A stretch of DNA of 64,000 nucleotides from Takakia lepidozioides (lineage: Eukaryota; Plantae; Bryophyta). Where the stretch lies: contig CM060732.1 in the NCBI GenBank assembly GCA_030704615.1, forward strand, positions 52,514,001 through 52,578,000. Direction: 5' to 3'. Position numbers and translations under genes: made by a program. A model generated the notes under the pieces. It did no database searches. It was not told where the DNA came from and was given only the letters and a program-made list of their open reading frames with translations. Below, piece by piece: positions 61,942 through 64,000 of this stretch (position 1 is the stretch's first letter; every line of letters begins with the position of its first letter).

Positions 61942-61951
61942 TGGTATCAGA
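61942..61951 (+). promoter_or_regulatory. Primer-binding site for initiator tRNA-Met
   Basis: TGGTATCAGA, 2 nt after the LTR end. Confidence 0.9.
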
Positions 61952-61994
61952 ACTTAGAGTTCAGTACGCGATCGTCCTTGGGATCGGCCTCATC

Positions 61995-62900
61995 ATGGGG
62001 TCAGGCAAGCCAAAGCGAAAGCGGAACGGCCCGAAAGATGATGATCTTGGTGAGCCCGATGGGGGTGACGTGTCACCGAAGCGGCCATTTCAGGAAGCGA
62101 TGCATGCCTTTGGAAACGAGGCCACTCAAGGACGGGAGGAATCTGAGGAGTCGGAGCCCGAGGAATCCCTGAGAGCTCCGACAGACCAACAGATGCCTCC
62201 TATGCAAGCAGCCTTTTGGGAAGGGTTGTTGGCGCAGTTTGGTGGGACGTTGAAAGACGTGTTGAAGACAACTAATGCCACTTCCACTAAGGCAAAGTTT
62301 AAGGTGAAGCCTAAGGAACCCGACACCTTTGAGGGCGTCCGAAATCGGAAGGCACTCAACACCTGGCTCTTGGAGTTAGAGCAGTACTTCTAGGCGGCCA
62401 AGTTGGATGACGAGGATCGGGTGGAAGTGGCTCCCACCTATTTGAGGGGCTATGCTCAACAATGGTGGCAGAAACGCCTTCACAACCGAGGTCCAAACCC
62501 GGAGACCTTGAACTGGAGTGGGTTCAAGGAACTCATGAAGAGACAGTCTGTGCCCCTCAACGCGTCCTGGCTCGCCCGGGACAAGATGAGGAATTTGAAG
62601 CAAACGGATGACATTTGGGGATATGTTCAGGCTTTCAATGTGCTGTTGCTCGAAGTCGCGGACATGACAGAACCAGAAATGGTCTTCAACTTTGTGGCGG
62701 GACTAGCCCCATGGGCTAGACGGAAGTTGGAGGAGAAGCCACCTAAGACTTTGAACGAGACAATTGAAAAGGCTGAATGTTTCTCGGATGTCCCTAGGGG
62801 CGAAAGACAAGGCCGTACGGAGCTGAACCACAAGAAGGTCCAGCGGGAAGGTGACTCCTTCTGACCGGAAAAGAAGTGGGATAGGCCACGCCACAGCAAT
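61995..62900 (+). pseudogene. Retrotransposon gag, truncated, with two in-frame stops
   Basis: PKEPDTFEGVRN..WLLELEQYF*, YLRGYAQQWW, LKQTDDIWGYV, FNFVAGL. Stops at 62391-62393 and 62862-62864. Confidence 0.88.
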
Positions 62901-64000
62901 CTCCTTCCAGGCCAGCATACTTCTCATCTCCCCCATGTTTTCAAGATGTCTGTTGCTGGTCCCGGGAGTGGTGTTGATCTTGTGCGTTGCATGAGTGAGG
63001 GGGATCTACGCACAAGTTGGGTAGTATTTGACCATGTCAAACGCATCAAGGATTGGACAACTCTTGCGTGTCATGTCTATGAACCATATGTCAAGCGAAT
63101 GATGACCATTGCCATTTGCGATATGAAAACAGAGGATGCAGATGCTCAGGTGTTATTCTGGGAGATGATCAATGAACAAGCAAAACTTGCTAGCTTGAAC
63201 AAACTCAATTTTGCTGGCTTCATGGCGGATGCAGCAGGAGCGAATTGGGCTGCTGTTCGAAGGGTTTATGGATCTGATCCCAATGTACCAATGGAAGGTA
63301 AAGAAAGAACATGTTTATATCATTGGGCTGAAAGCCTCCGAAGACACACCAACGACTATATCTTGGACTTCCGTGAAAGGCACACTCAGCTCTGTTATGA
63401 ATGGAAAGATAGTGCTACCTTGGAGGATGCTACAACCACATACATTGCAATTCGGGCTTGGTGGATCTCTTCAGGAGCATGCACAAAAAAGAGTCTGCCA
63501 AAACTAGATTCATGGCTTGCATGGTGGCACTACAGATATCGAATGTGGGGCCAATGGATGAGAGAGAACATGGATGTGGAGGCAGATGCAGATATGCCTA
63601 CCACTAATTTGTCTGAGGCAGTCCATTCTGCTTGGTGGAAGACAGCAGGCAATGGGAAAAAAATGAAGGTGGATCTATATGAGGCCACCATGCATGACAT
63701 GTCACGAGCTCTTTTGCAGCAGGCAACATTTTACAGGCACACTACAGGAAAGACATGGGGGACGGGGCCCGACAAAGAGGAGCTCATGTTGCGTCAAACA
63801 GCTAGATCTAATAGCCCAGCCAAAATGGGTAAGGTTGTACGTGGCATAGTAGCTGGAACACCCATGCACACAAGGGGGGTTCAATTGGAGGGAGACAATC
63901 GCACTATTCCAGTCAAACGCAAGTTAGGCGATGAGCATGGTGTGCCAAACGAATCTTGGAGGTGTGATATGAATGTAAAGACTGTTCCAGTGCGCGCCAC
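62900..64000 (+). CDS. MULE-like DDE transposase core, open to the window end (absent from the ORF track)
   Basis: My translation shows no stop from 62865 to 64000: WVVFDHVKR (D1), GFMADAAGANW (D2), CLYHW (CxxH), PTTNLSEAVH (E). Confidence 0.8.

Overview
Eukaryotic nuclear DNA from a land plant, most likely a non-seed plant such as a moss (inferred from GT-AG introns, Tcn1-type chromoviruses and PLS-PPR style). The first ~41 kb is a nest of decayed transposons. A chromodomain Ty3/Gypsy element (1-4452) is inserted into a second Ty3-like element on the minus strand. That element's Gag-protease frame runs straight into what looks like motif I of a DNMT3-like cytosine-5 methyltransferase, and this is the top finding. 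Next come a hAT pseudogene, a three-LTR Tcn1-like composite with a GACAC TSD and a Tf1-style self-priming PBS, and a ~16-17 kb Mutator-like element. The Mutator-like element carries convergent SWIM-transposase and Ulp1-like protease genes plus orphan cargo ORFs, one resembling the SGS3/IDN2 XS zinc finger. A pogo-like deletion derivative follows. 42-59 kb is genic: RPSA (uS2) head-to-head with a SCFD2/MIP3 Sec1-family gene, a DnaJ-type zinc-finger gene, a RING+PHD gene and a PPR pseudogene. The window ends with a partial LTR, a PBS-Met and a gag that runs in the same frame into a MULE-type DDE transposase. No rRNA, tRNA or CRISPR array was seen. All family calls are by-eye motif recognition; no database searches were run.
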